Shown piece after piece: positions 1 to 10,117 of a DNA stretch of 64,000 nt. Source of the DNA: Lachnospiraceae bacterium UBA2864 (lineage in GTDB: Bacteria; Bacillota; Clostridia; Lachnospirales; Lachnospiraceae); NCBI GenBank assembly GCA_002350525.1, contig DEFA01000013.1, positions 9,995 to 73,994 on the forward strand, in the 5' to 3' direction. Position 1 is the stretch's first letter, and each line of letters begins with the position of its first letter. The position numbers were made by a program, and so were the translations under genes. The notes under the pieces are model-generated. The model was not told where the DNA came from. It saw only the letters and a list, made by a program, of their open reading frames with translations, and ran no database searches.

Positions 1-1667
1 ATACACTCCGGATATCTTATCTTCCGCAGAATCCGGAATTTGATTTAAATAAGACGCTTCTGGAGAATATAACCGATACTATTTATTCCGGAGGAGATCA
101 CTGGGATAAAATGGGCGAGATCAAGGCAAATCTTGCAAAGTTCGGTATAGATGATCCGGAATGTAATCCGTCCATTCTGTCGGGAGGACAGAAGAAGAGG
201 GCGGCTCTTGTTGCGGCTGTTATGACGCCGTCGGATCTTCTGATTCTCGATGAGCCGACGAATCACCTTGATTCGGAAATGATAGAATGGCTCGAGGACT
301 ATCTGAAGAGATTCCGCGGGGCTATTCTTATGGTTACGCATGACAGATACTTCCTGGATGAGGTTACGAATCAGATACTGGAAATCGATAAGGGCAGAGC
401 CTATAGATATGAATCCAATTATTCGGGATTTCTGGAGCTGAAGCAGCAGAGGCTGGATTATGAAATGGCAGCAGAGAGAAAAGCGGCGGCTCTTTACAGG
501 AAGGACCTTGCATGGATACTGAGAGGTGCCAGAGCCAGATCCACAAAGCAGAAAGCGCATATTCAGAGATTTGAAGCGCTCCGTGACAGAGAACGTCCGG
601 AAGAGGAGAGACAGGTAGAGCTCGCATCTCTTCCGTCAAGAATGGGTAACAAGACCATTATACTCGACAACATTTCCAAGAAGTATGATGAGAAAACACT
701 TTTTCATGATTTTACATACACCTTTAATAAACTGGACAGAATAGGAATCATCGGTCCGAACGGCTGCGGCAAGTCGACTCTTATAAAGATAATAGTCGGA
801 GCGCTTGAGCCGGATACGGGTTCGGTTGAGATAGGACAGACCATACAGATAGGATATTTCAGTCAGGAAAATGAAGCGCTGGACGAATCTGCGCGAGTCA
901 TAGATTATATAAAGGATACCGCCGAGTATATTAGGACGAAGGACGGCCTGATGTCTGCGTCCGTAATGTGTGAGAGATTCCTCTTTACACCGGAAATGCA
1001 GTACGCACCGATAGGAAAGCTTTCGGGTGGTGAGAAGAGAAGACTGTATCTGCTGAAAGTTTTGATGTCTGCGCCGAATGTTATAATTCTCGATGAGCCG
1101 ACCAATGACCTGGATATCCAGACACTTAGAATTCTGGAAGATTATCTGGACAGCTTTGCGGGAATAATCATTACCGTATCGCATGACAGATATTTCCTGG
1201 ATAGAGTAGTAACGAGAATATTTGCATTTGAACCTGACGGAACCCTGTTTCAGAGCGAAGGTGGGTATTCGGATTACCTGATTCATAAGGGGATAATAGC
1301 GGAAGCTGCTGCGGATAATTCGAGCGGCGCATCGGGAAGAAATACCGGATCCGGTAAGAGTTCCGACAAAAATGCAGGCGAAAAATCCGACGACTCGGAT
1401 AAGAAGAAGGGTAAATACCGTGCTCCCCGTGAGAAGACAAAGCTATCCTTCAACGAACAGAAGGAATATGATAATATCGAGTCCGAGATAGAGAAGCTTG
1501 AAGAACGAAGTGCCGAGCTTGAAGAACTTATGGTGGGAGCGGCAACGGATTTTCCAAGACTTATGGAACTCAGTAAGGAAAAAGAAGAAGTTGATGCTGA
1601 GATAGAGCGTAAGATGGAACGCTACATAGAACTTCAGGAAATGGTAGACAGCTTCGCTGCCAAGTAG
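1..1667 (+). CDS. ABC-F family ATPase (Uup/YdiF-like), 5' end off-window
   Basis: Frame 3 is open from the window edge (..RISYLPQNPEF..), so the first Walker A lies upstream. It has LSGGQKKR + ILDEPTNHLD, a second cassette GPNGCGKST / LSGGEKRR / ILDEPTNDLD, and a Lys/Glu-rich C-terminal coiled coil. No TM segments. Confidence 0.9.
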   Translation, partial: TLRISYLPQNPEFDLNKTLLENITDTIYSGGDHWDKMGEIKANLAKFGIDDPECNPSILSGGQKKRAALVAAVMTPSDLLILDEPTNHLDSEMIEWLEDYLKRFRGAILMVTHDRYFLDEVTNQILEIDKGRAYRYESNYSGFLELKQQRLDYEMAAERKAAALYRKDLAWILRGARARSTKQKAHIQRFEALRDRERPEEERQVELASLPSRMGNKTIILDNISKKYDEKTLFHDFTYTFNKLDRIGIIGPNGCGKSTLIKIIVGALEPDTGSVEIGQTIQIGYFSQENEALDESARVIDYIKDTAEYIRTKDGLMSASVMCERFLFTPEMQYAPIGKLSGGEKRRLYLLKVLMSAPNVIILDEPTNDLDIQTLRILEDYLDSFAGIIITVSHDRYFLDRVVTRIFAFEPDGTLFQSEGGYSDYLIHKGIIAEAAADNSSGASGRNTGSGKSSDKNAGEKSDDSDKKKGKYRAPREKTKLSFNEQKEYDNIESEIEKLEERSAELEELMVGAATDFPRLMELSKEKEEVDAEIERKMERYIELQEMVDSFAAK

Positions 1668-1739
1668 ATTATCAGAGGATGGATCCCGGGTGGTAAAACG
1701 CTTAGGGATTCACGCCTTAGCAAAACGGGAGGATTATAA

Positions 1740-2852
1740 ATGAGTACAAAGATATACAGAGACAGAGATGCTGTAGTTAAAAACAGCAGTGCATTTAAGA
1801 AATTGGGAAGCAGGGCGCTTATAGTTACGGGAAAGCATTCCGCTGCTAAGAACGGTTCACTGGATGATGTAAAAACAGCGCTCGATAAAGAAGGAATCGG
1901 TTATGTCATTTATAACGATATAGAGGAGAATCCTTCTGTAGAGACTTGCTTTAAAGCGGCAAAGACAGGAACGGATGAGGAATGTGACTTCGTGATCGGA
2001 ATCGGAGGAGGTTCTCCGATGGATGCAGCCAAGGCGGCAGCTCTTATCATGAAGAATCCGGATATGGATGAGGCGAAGCTCTATGATAAGAGTCTTAAGC
2101 TTGAGGCTCTTCCCGTAGCAGAGATTCCTACAACCTGCGGAACAGGATCGGAAGTGACCGGAGTTTCGGTCATATCGGTTCCGGGTAAAAGAACCAAGTG
2201 CAGTCTGCCGCATAAGATATTCCCGGAAGTCGCATTTCTTGATGCAAAGTATCTTCTTGCGGCACCGGTAAGCATTATAAGATCTACGAGTATAGATGCA
2301 TTGGGTCACATATTTGAGAGTTATATCAATACTGCGGCAAGTGAGGAAAGTAAAGCCGTCGGTGTTGACGGATTAAAGATATGGGCAGCAGCAAAGGATG
2401 TGATATTCGGAACCGAGGCTAAGGGAATGACCGGTGCGGATATGGGTTTCAGCTACGAAGTATTGGACAGCATGCTTCTCGCATCCAACTATGCAGGCTT
2501 TGCGATTAAAGGTGCCGGAACCAGTGCACCGCATGCACTCAGTTACCGCCAGACCTTTGAATTCGGAGTTCAGCACGGAAAGGCAATCGGACATTTTCAG
2601 GCAGGATATCTTAAATATGCGGATAAGGGTGATCAGAGAATACTTCTCGGCTCTGCGGGATTTAGAGATTTCGATGAGTTTGAAGAGTTTATAGCAAAGG
2701 AGTGTGCTATAACCGAAGCTCCGAAGGATAGAGTAGATGAAGTAAAGCTTCAGTCAGTCGAAGAAATGCTGGCCGACGAAGCACGTCTCGCTCGTATCCC
2801 ATATAAGGTAGACCGTGCAATCCTTATGGATATCGCCGGCCTTAAGGCGTAG
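1740..2852 (+). CDS. iron-containing alcohol dehydrogenase family protein
   Basis: GIGGGSPMDAAKAAA dinucleotide motif and His-containing metal-site region (IDALGHIFESY, APHALSY). RBS GGGAGGA lies 6 nt upstream of the ATG. Confidence 0.85.
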   Translation: MSTKIYRDRDAVVKNSSAFKKLGSRALIVTGKHSAAKNGSLDDVKTALDKEGIGYVIYNDIEENPSVETCFKAAKTGTDEECDFVIGIGGGSPMDAAKAAALIMKNPDMDEAKLYDKSLKLEALPVAEIPTTCGTGSEVTGVSVISVPGKRTKCSLPHKIFPEVAFLDAKYLLAAPVSIIRSTSIDALGHIFESYINTAASEESKAVGVDGLKIWAAAKDVIFGTEAKGMTGADMGFSYEVLDSMLLASNYAGFAIKGAGTSAPHALSYRQTFEFGVQHGKAIGHFQAGYLKYADKGDQRILLGSAGFRDFDEFEEFIAKECAITEAPKDRVDEVKLQSVEEMLADEARLARIPYKVDRAILMDIAGLKA

Positions 2853-2911
2853 TCACTAAATAAGCAGAACAAACAATATACAAACAGAACAAAAAATAAT
2901 TCAGTAGAATA

Positions 2912-3000
2912 AAAAATCAGCCCGGATATGTCGGCGCGTGCTGCAGAGCGGCTTTTCACGCGGTTGCAGCGCGACACAGACATATCCGGGCGTCTATTTA
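2912..3000. terminator. long GC-rich hairpin between convergent genes (bidirectional terminator)
   Basis: cccggatatgtc (2921-2932) pairs perfectly with gacatatccggg (2979-2990). A-run upstream and T-rich tract downstream give a U-tract for either strand. Confidence 0.65.
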
Positions 3001-3036
3001 TATAACACATTCAAATTAATAAAACATATTCTATAG

Positions 3037-5715
3037 CTAACTGTTTGCCAGTTCCTTCGCATATTCTATAGCTTCCCGTACTTTCGGTATGAGAAGTATA
3101 AGTATCGTGATTATAGCTTCGATTCCGATATAACCGAGGCAGTACTGGATACTGTACCATACGGTTTCATTATAGAAGTAAGAGCAGTTGATAACTCCTT
3201 CTATATAGCGGAGACCTACAGCAACCAGATAACCTATCCAGAAGCCGTCGATATGACCGCCGGGCTTCTTCTTCATATGTGACCAGAATCCTCCGATTCC
3301 GACTACTCCGTAACCAAGCAGATAATCGTATATTTCGGCAACTATATGGTTATGATCCAGAATATTAAACTGGTAATCGATTCCGAACTTGAAGAAGCTG
3401 TATACTATAGCGGCTGCAATTCCTACTCTTCCTCCGAAGAAGTAAGCTATGAGGAACAGGATTACCGTACTGAGGCATGTTACCTCACCACCTTCAACCA
3501 TGTGCAGCGGACGGAGATAAGAAAGTCCCAATGCTATAAGGAAGAGTATGAGGGTGACCTCAAGTTTCCTGAGTGTAAAGCCTTCTTTCCGCTTATGACT
3601 ATCTGCTTCGTTATTCCATGGCTGCCTGAACTTAAGTCCTGACTGCCGCTTCTTTCTGGCAAGAAGGGCAAGAGCTATAACGAAGAGTCCGCCTCCGCCG
3701 ATGATGGTAACATCAAAGGTGCTGGTAGCTTCTTCCATAGGCATTCCCAGATATTCATACAGCATACCGAGGATTCTGACGGCAAAGTCCTGAATCTGGA
3801 TAACGGCAAGGATCGTAGCAAAGATATTGATGATCATGCCGTTACGTTCTTCGGCTCTGGCACTCTTTACATCAACCATGTGCTCGAGGAATTCCTGCTG
3901 CTCATTATACTGATCTCGAAGATCCTCGTTATCGAAGGCGTCTTTGATCTGCTCTGCTTCAAGTTGGGTTCCGTAATATTTAAAGTTATTGCTGTTCCAG
4001 AACTTTATGGTTTTCGCATAATCACGATAAAGCCCGTCTATATATTCATAAGATACATCGCCTTCATGAGAGAGCGCGGTGGATACATTGTTATTCAGTT
4101 TATTGAGAGTCGTGTTCTGGAAGAGCACAAGCTCCACTATGAAGACGTAAGTTGCGGCAAGTTCCATCCTTTCCGAAAGGTTTTCATTAAAATCTTTCAG
4201 AATGAAGGCAACCATCTTCTCACTCATGTAGGTCTCATAGTAGTCATATACCGAGCGGTTGTTTGTAGCCATGTCTATAAGTGCCTGATTCCTTATGAAG
4301 AAGTCCTGATGGACACTCTGATAGGTTTCACAGGCAAGTATATTCAGGAATTCCTGACTAACATTATCAGGCAGTTCTTCCGGACGGTTAACAGCCATAC
4401 AGTCTTTAGGCATACCTGATGAACAGAGGAGTGCTTTTCCGTCTCCGCACTGATACAGGCCGTAATGCTCACGGAGATAATCATTTAGATTTATATAATT
4501 AGGATATCCTCGGTCATCCATATCCTGCCAGTTGTCATCCGATTCAGGTCTGATCTTCAGATAGCCCTGGAAAAGCTGATCCTCAATCTGGGACGGTGAG
4601 TAGCGGCAGTTAGGTATGCAGAGCATAACTACATACATGTTGGTCGCGTGATGTGCAAGGAGTGATACATGAGCTATCTCCTCACCTCTTATATAAGGGA
4701 GTTCCTCGTCTTCCGGATATTCGTCCATGGAATGAAGGAAGCGGAAGCTGCCGATGTATACACGCTTTAATTCATTTACAATCTTACTCTTATATTCATA
4801 TCTGAGACAGTCATCCAGAGATTCGAGGAGAGGCTCGATTTCGTGCGGTACATTTTCACCTGATGTAGCCTCTTTATCTGACAAGAGTTCATCCATCTTA
4901 AGGTTGTCGGGTGAATCTTCATACGGAAGGAAGAGATATACATCGTCCTTGGTGGTCTTTCTATAAAGTCTGTCGGGATTCTTCAGGAGATATTCAAGAT
5001 ATATTCCGTCAGTCACGTAGACAATCTCAACGCTGTCCTCCTTTTCAAGCTGAAGCCTGTCGGGAGTTATCCTGAAAGGGTGCGGAACAACAAATCTTCT
5101 TATTCCGAGCATACGGTCACGGAGGAACTTTTCGCCATCAGCAGTTACCGCATACGCGGAAATGCTGTTAATACCGTAACCTTCCGATTCAAGAACATTC
5201 AGATAATTTACAAATTCCGTGGTGAGCTGGGTTACAGTATCACGGCCTCTATAATCTTCATCTATAACAACGGATATGATGAAAAGGTTATTGTGCTTAA
5301 CGATTTCGCCATCTTCCTCGGTATTCTTCAGATATTCCGGCAGAATTTCATTAGGACCCAGATCATCATCCCATATAATCTCGTGGCCTTCCTCACCGAT
5401 CACGGGATTGCCATCATCATCTTTACGCGGACCTTCAACTATATCATCATAGACTTTATCGGTAATTGGGAAGAAATTGATATAACCTACCAGGTTATCC
5501 TGTTCATCCATAAGGCACACAAAGGTGCGCTTATTATGATTAAAGCGCGCTTCCATGTTCTCTATGGTACCGACAAAATCCTCACCGGCTTTCTCACCGA
5601 TCGGTCCGTATACTTTTTTATCGAGGGCGATTACCTTATCAAGGTAACTGCGATTCATATCCTCGCCCTTTAATACTCTAAAAGCCACTCTATGTCCTCC
5701 GTAAACAGTCCACAT
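3037..5715 (-). CDS. multidomain membrane protein: N-terminal GNAT-like acetyltransferase, large unknown central region, C-terminal polytopic ECF-S-component/ThiT-like membrane domain
   Basis: 892-aa ORF. N-terminus has a GNAT-like pattern (LVGYINFFPI.., IISVVIDEDYRGRD). Two TM helices near aa 620-680, then about 5-6 TM helices (GGRVGIAAAIVYSFFKFG.., GFWIGYLVAVGLRY) resembling energy-coupling-factor S components. Start is uncertain; the alternative ATG at 5658 (MNRSYLDK) has an adjacent GAGGA. Confidence 0.6.
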   Translation of the reverse strand: MWTVYGGHRVAFRVLKGEDMNRSYLDKVIALDKKVYGPIGEKAGEDFVGTIENMEARFNHNKRTFVCLMDEQDNLVGYINFFPITDKVYDDIVEGPRKDDDGNPVIGEEGHEIIWDDDLGPNEILPEYLKNTEEDGEIVKHNNLFIISVVIDEDYRGRDTVTQLTTEFVNYLNVLESEGYGINSISAYAVTADGEKFLRDRMLGIRRFVVPHPFRITPDRLQLEKEDSVEIVYVTDGIYLEYLLKNPDRLYRKTTKDDVYLFLPYEDSPDNLKMDELLSDKEATSGENVPHEIEPLLESLDDCLRYEYKSKIVNELKRVYIGSFRFLHSMDEYPEDEELPYIRGEEIAHVSLLAHHATNMYVVMLCIPNCRYSPSQIEDQLFQGYLKIRPESDDNWQDMDDRGYPNYINLNDYLREHYGLYQCGDGKALLCSSGMPKDCMAVNRPEELPDNVSQEFLNILACETYQSVHQDFFIRNQALIDMATNNRSVYDYYETYMSEKMVAFILKDFNENLSERMELAATYVFIVELVLFQNTTLNKLNNNVSTALSHEGDVSYEYIDGLYRDYAKTIKFWNSNNFKYYGTQLEAEQIKDAFDNEDLRDQYNEQQEFLEHMVDVKSARAEERNGMIINIFATILAVIQIQDFAVRILGMLYEYLGMPMEEATSTFDVTIIGGGGLFVIALALLARKKRQSGLKFRQPWNNEADSHKRKEGFTLRKLEVTLILFLIALGLSYLRPLHMVEGGEVTCLSTVILFLIAYFFGGRVGIAAAIVYSFFKFGIDYQFNILDHNHIVAEIYDYLLGYGVVGIGGFWSHMKKKPGGHIDGFWIGYLVAVGLRYIEGVINCSYFYNETVWYSIQYCLGYIGIEAIITILILLIPKVREAIEYAKELANS

Positions 5716-5844
5716 TTTAGCGTGGACACTTGCCTAAAAATTATACTTCAAAGCAGATGCAGTTGCAACTTCACAATTAGCCTTAATTATGGTAAGGTGT
5801 TAATGTTTACAGTTTTATAAGATATATACTCAGGAGACAGAAAA

Positions 5845-7020
5845 ATGTCAGATAACGGAAAAAAGAGACGTTCTGTAAATAACTACGGAACACGTAGAAA
5901 AAATATTGTCAGAAGGATCGTCAAAGTAGCTGCGTGGATACTGGGAATCCTCATACTTTTGGTGGCGGGGCTTTTTACATGGCTCACTGTTACCGAGTAT
6001 AAACCTGCCGATATCGAAACCATAGCGGTTGAAGGAAATGCGGAGCCCGTAAGAGAGTCGGGAGCAAAGGAAGTTACTCTCGGAGACAGAGTGACTATCA
6101 TGTCATGGAATATCGGATACGGAGCTCTCGGTGATAATGCGGACTTTTTCATGGATGGTGGTAAAGGCGTAAAAACCGCGGACATGGAACGTGTGATGTC
6201 AAACCTTAAGGGGATGGCAACTTCAATAAGGCTTCTTGATCCGGATATCGTATTTCTTCAGGAAGTCGATAAGGACAGTGCGAGGTCTTATGAGATAGAT
6301 GAGGCCGATTATTTCACAAGGGCTGAGAATGAGGGAAATGATAAGCAGTATCAGACCTCCTTCGCATATAATTACAAGGTAAAATTTGTCCCTTATCCGG
6401 TTCCTCCTATCGGGAAGGTTAACGGGGGAATACTTACTATGTCGGATTATCCTCTTTCTGAATCTGAGAGACGTCAGCTGCCATGTCCGTTTTCATGGCC
6501 ATACAGACTCGGTAATCTGAAGAGATGTCTTCTTGTAAGCAGAACACCTGTTTATGATACGGAAGGTAATCCTACCGGGAAGGATCTGGTTCTTGTGAAT
6601 CTTCATCTTGAGGCATATGACTCCGGAGAAGGCAAGGCTGCACAGACTGCTATGCTGAAGGATTTCCTTCAGGAAGAATATGACAAAGGCAATTATGTTA
6701 TAGCGGGTGGAGATTTTAATCAGACATTTACATCGATTGACAGCAGCATGTATCCCGAAAAACCGAACCGCTGGCACTGCGGTTCTCTTGATACAAGTGA
6801 ATTCTCGGATGATTTTCAATTCATTATGGATAATTCGGCTCCGACCTGTCGCTCCCTTGATCAGAGCTACGCCGATGCTGACAAAGAGAATTTCCAATAT
6901 TATATGATCGATGGCTTTATCGTGTCGAAGAATATTTCCGTAAATATATATAACACGATAGACATGCAATTTGAGTATACTGACCATAATCCGGCTATAA
7001 TGTCTGTGACTCTTGAATAG
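5845..7020 (+). CDS. endonuclease/exonuclease/phosphatase (EEP) family protein, N-terminal membrane anchor
   Basis: TM anchor VAAWILGILILLVAGLF. EEP motifs SWNIGYG, VFLQEVD, VNLHLEAY, GGDFNQ, TDHNP. Confidence 0.85.
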   Translation: MSDNGKKRRSVNNYGTRRKNIVRRIVKVAAWILGILILLVAGLFTWLTVTEYKPADIETIAVEGNAEPVRESGAKEVTLGDRVTIMSWNIGYGALGDNADFFMDGGKGVKTADMERVMSNLKGMATSIRLLDPDIVFLQEVDKDSARSYEIDEADYFTRAENEGNDKQYQTSFAYNYKVKFVPYPVPPIGKVNGGILTMSDYPLSESERRQLPCPFSWPYRLGNLKRCLLVSRTPVYDTEGNPTGKDLVLVNLHLEAYDSGEGKAAQTAMLKDFLQEEYDKGNYVIAGGDFNQTFTSIDSSMYPEKPNRWHCGSLDTSEFSDDFQFIMDNSAPTCRSLDQSYADADKENFQYYMIDGFIVSKNISVNIYNTIDMQFEYTDHNPAIMSVTLE

Positions 7021-7069
7021 CAGACAGGGGAGTGTGCCGGTATAATTGATATTTAAGCAGGGGGTACGT

Positions 7070-7606
7070 ATGGAGAGGTATGATCTTTATGATATTCACA
7101 GAAGGCCGACGGGAGAATCCTTAGAGAGAGGAACGAAGGTACCGAAGGGCTATTACAGACTGGTGGTTCACAGCTGCATATTCGGAAGTGACGGAAGGAT
7201 GCTGATCCAGAGACGCCAGCCCTTTAAAAGCGGATGGGCAGGAATGTGGGATATAACCGCAGGAGGCAGTGCCCAGTCAGGTGATACCAGTAACGAAGCG
7301 GCTTCCCGTGAGCTGCGTGAGGAAGTCGGAATCGATGTGGATCTTACAGACGTACGTCCGGCCATGACTATATACTTCGACGGAGGCTTTAATGATATTT
7401 ATACCATAAATATGGATGTGGATATCGATAATCTTAGGCTTCAGGAATCGGAGGTTGCCGAAGTAAAATGGGCAACCGAAGAAGAGATTCTCGAGATGCT
7501 TAAGAATAAGGAATTTGTCCTGTATAAATCTTCATTTATCTCACTTCTGTTTTTCTTGAGAAATCATAACGGAGCTTTTACTCATAAGGATCCGACAAAA
7601 AAGTGA
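7070..7606 (+). CDS. NUDIX hydrolase
   Basis: Nudix box GGSAQSGDTSNEAASRELREEVGI. ATG at 7070 is preceded by GGGGG; the ORF-track start at 7046 is a TTG without an RBS. Confidence 0.85.
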   Translation: MERYDLYDIHRRPTGESLERGTKVPKGYYRLVVHSCIFGSDGRMLIQRRQPFKSGWAGMWDITAGGSAQSGDTSNEAASRELREEVGIDVDLTDVRPAMTIYFDGGFNDIYTINMDVDIDNLRLQESEVAEVKWATEEEILEMLKNKEFVLYKSSFISLLFFLRNHNGAFTHKDPTKK

Positions 7607-9142
7607 TTAAGAATATATGATCAGCATGATGATCACGCATAGAGATACATACATAAAAGTTGATGACGTAATCTTATAGAAAGCCGTAAGCTTCTTTTTT
7701 ATAAAGAGCATAAACCACACTGCAAGTATCATGGCATCTATGATAAAGAGCATGATGCAGTTAAGCCCATAGTCCTTGCATATTATGGCATACCATATAG
7801 AGAAGGCCATAACTAGTGGGGCTCCCACAAGGAAATTTCCGTTTCCAATGGCATCTATCTTATCAGCCATTGGAGAATTGGAGGAAAACCACAGAAAGGA
7901 ATATGCGGATATGATCATTATACAAAAAGAAGTATCCAGATTACCGATGGCACCACTATATATATCCTTCCTGTAAACGAATATAGAGAAGGATAATACT
8001 GCAGCAGTGGATATGCTGAAGATCAGATATATTACATTCAGCATGGCATGAAATCTTGTAAGAATATAATTAGTCTTACATCTTGCCGGGCTGAATCTGG
8101 TCTGCTGGGTATAATTGAAATACAAAACAGCAAGTGTGGAGGCTGTTATAATGCAAATAAGCGGTACGACATTGCTTTTTTGGTCAAGGCTGGATACAAA
8201 ACCAGGCAGTCTCTGCACATAGAAAATGAGTGATACAACTGTCATGGCACCGGTCAGATTGCATATCGTCGAAAAAACAACATTGAGGAAAGAAATATCA
8301 AATCTTCCTTCGTAGTACATAGCAACGTTAAGAAGCTCATCAGAAGAAGGCCATTTTCCGGCCTTTTTTTTATGCATGATCATTGCTATGGGAAGGTCAA
8401 GACAGAGTCCGGCTGCTATAGGAAGCAGTGACAGTCCTAAAAAGAGTATTAAATGTGTTCTGAGGGGGAGTTCTGCAATTCTTTTTACCATGGATGTCAG
8501 TGTGACTCCTTTTGTCTGAAGAGCAAAGAGGAGCATAACTATTCCATAGAGAAAGATGAAGAGCATAAACCAGTTTTTCTGAAAATATGAGAATTGGATA
8601 TTCTTCATCCGAAGGTCTTCAGTTTCATTGGATTCTTCACCCTCTTCTGAAACAGGAGTGATGGCTTGGATATCTTCTGCAGTTTCAATGGTACTGATCT
8701 CTTCAGATATATAGTCGATATCTGAGCCGACAAAGCAATATCCCATTATACCGCTGATTTTTCTCTTGTCGATTATCTGTTTATAAAGATTTTCGCATGT
8801 TTCCTTATCAAAATTGTTCATAAGAAGCTTTATAAAAGAACCTTTGATAGAGGAAATGCTTTTGGACATATCTATAGAATTATATTCTTCTATCTGATTA
8901 AGCTGGTTTCCGGTTATATAATCGCCCTTATGGTCGATTAAATATCGGAGAACCTGAAGCTTTCGATATTCAATCTTGCTTTTGTATCCCAAGAATTCGA
9001 TTTCCTGATATGTAAAGTCAATTGAAAGACCTTTGAGATCACCACTGGTCCATATGAGTTTATTATTCTCAGGATTAATATTTTTTTCATTATCATTAGC
9101 TGTTGATTTCAATTTATAATTCCTCTGAAATGGATAAAACAA
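7607..9142 (-). CDS. membrane-bound one-component regulator: N-terminal OmpR/ToxR-type winged-helix domain plus polytopic membrane domain
   Basis: N-terminus YQEIEFLGYKSKIEYRKLQVLRYLIDHKGDYITGNQL resembles a trans_reg_C winged helix, followed by about 10 hydrophobic helices. No in-frame ATG near the 5' end. Candidate TTG starts are at 9142 or 9112; the latter has AGAGGA 8 nt upstream. Confidence 0.55.
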   Translation of the reverse strand: MFYPFQRNYKLKSTANDNEKNINPENNKLIWTSGDLKGLSIDFTYQEIEFLGYKSKIEYRKLQVLRYLIDHKGDYITGNQLNQIEEYNSIDMSKSISSIKGSFIKLLMNNFDKETCENLYKQIIDKRKISGIMGYCFVGSDIDYISEEISTIETAEDIQAITPVSEEGEESNETEDLRMKNIQFSYFQKNWFMLFIFLYGIVMLLFALQTKGVTLTSMVKRIAELPLRTHLILFLGLSLLPIAAGLCLDLPIAMIMHKKKAGKWPSSDELLNVAMYYEGRFDISFLNVVFSTICNLTGAMTVVSLIFYVQRLPGFVSSLDQKSNVVPLICIITASTLAVLYFNYTQQTRFSPARCKTNYILTRFHAMLNVIYLIFSISTAAVLSFSIFVYRKDIYSGAIGNLDTSFCIMIISAYSFLWFSSNSPMADKIDAIGNGNFLVGAPLVMAFSIWYAIICKDYGLNCIMLFIIDAMILAVWFMLFIKKKLTAFYKITSSTFMYVSLCVIIMLIIYS

Positions 9143-9387
9143 GAAGAATAATTAACATTGATAATTATAATAGAATACTTTTCTTAATGCAATTGATCCG
9201 GCCGTGTCCGGATTTCTTTTTTGCTCGAAAATCCCTTAAAATAGGGCAAAATCAGAGGCTGTGAAAATTCTCGAAATAAAAAAGAAGTTTTCGGGAAAAC
9301 ATTTCAGGCCATGTGATGTATAAAAATAACATACAGCGCAACGTGCAAAGTGGAAAATCCGTGAGGAAGAAAAAGAAAGGAGGCATT

Positions 9388-9876
9388 ATGACTGTGGGAA
9401 TAGTAGTGGTTGTAATAGTGGTAGCGGTAGTCATCGGAGTGGCTGTCGGAATGAAGCAGAGAAATATAAACAATCAGCTTCTTTCCGAAGGTAGGATGAT
9501 AAAGAGAGATATCGATTTTATGGAAAAGAACTACTTTTATACATCCAGGATAGCAACATATAAGCAGATATATGAAAAACTCGATTCGAGTGATCTGTCA
9601 GGAACAGGTGTTTCATGGAGCGGCAAGATTGGAGATATCATTTTTAAGTCATCACTTGGATGGAGCGCAAGATTGGCAGAAGTTGAATCTGATGATGAAA
9701 ACCATAAGTATCTGTTTCATTTTACAAATTGGGAAACATATAGAGGGCTTCCTCAGAATACAACTTCCATGAATGTTTTACTTACAGCAGTAGAAAAATG
9801 TATTCTCAGCGTTGACCCGACTACTAAGGTTACAACAACGGAAATGAAACTTAAGACAAAAACACATTTTTTATAA
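9388..9876 (+). CDS. hypothetical membrane-anchored protein
   Basis: AAGGAGG RBS upstream of ATG at 9388. N-terminal hydrophobic anchor MTVGIVVVVIVVAVVIGVAVG. No recognisable domain. Confidence 0.6.
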   Translation: MTVGIVVVVIVVAVVIGVAVGMKQRNINNQLLSEGRMIKRDIDFMEKNYFYTSRIATYKQIYEKLDSSDLSGTGVSWSGKIGDIIFKSSLGWSARLAEVESDDENHKYLFHFTNWETYRGLPQNTTSMNVLLTAVEKCILSVDPTTKVTTTEMKLKTKTHFL

Positions 9877-9889
9877 GGAGGATGTAGTA

Positions 9890-10075
9890 ATGGCACTTGG
9901 AATAATCATACTTGTTGTATTGACGTTAATTCTCGTGGCTTTTAAATATCTGGTCAGATATGTAGTAAACAGAACTGTTGATAAAGCAGGTGATGCGATA
10001 CATAATGCCATGGCTCAAAAGAAGAACCAGACTCTGATGAATCAATCAGAAAATCTTGCAGACAGATATAAGTAA
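9890..10075 (+). CDS. small single-TM hypothetical protein
   Basis: AAGGAGG RBS 8 nt upstream. 61 aa with one TM helix (LGIIILVVLTLILVAF). Confidence 0.5.
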   Translation: MALGIIILVVLTLILVAFKYLVRYVVNRTVDKAGDAIHNAMAQKKNQTLMNQSENLADRYK

Positions 10076-10117
10076 ATCATAAAACTTATATATTTGATTA
10101 ACGAAGGAAGAATTAGT

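Noticed and set aside
45-1286. Antisense ORFs of 171, 91 and 216 aa (45-560, 364-639, 636-1286, minus strand) inside the ABC-F gene
   Set aside because: They lie fully within a confidently identified CDS on the other strand, have low-complexity Arg/Ser/Leu/Ile-rich translations and no RBS. They are shadow ORFs.
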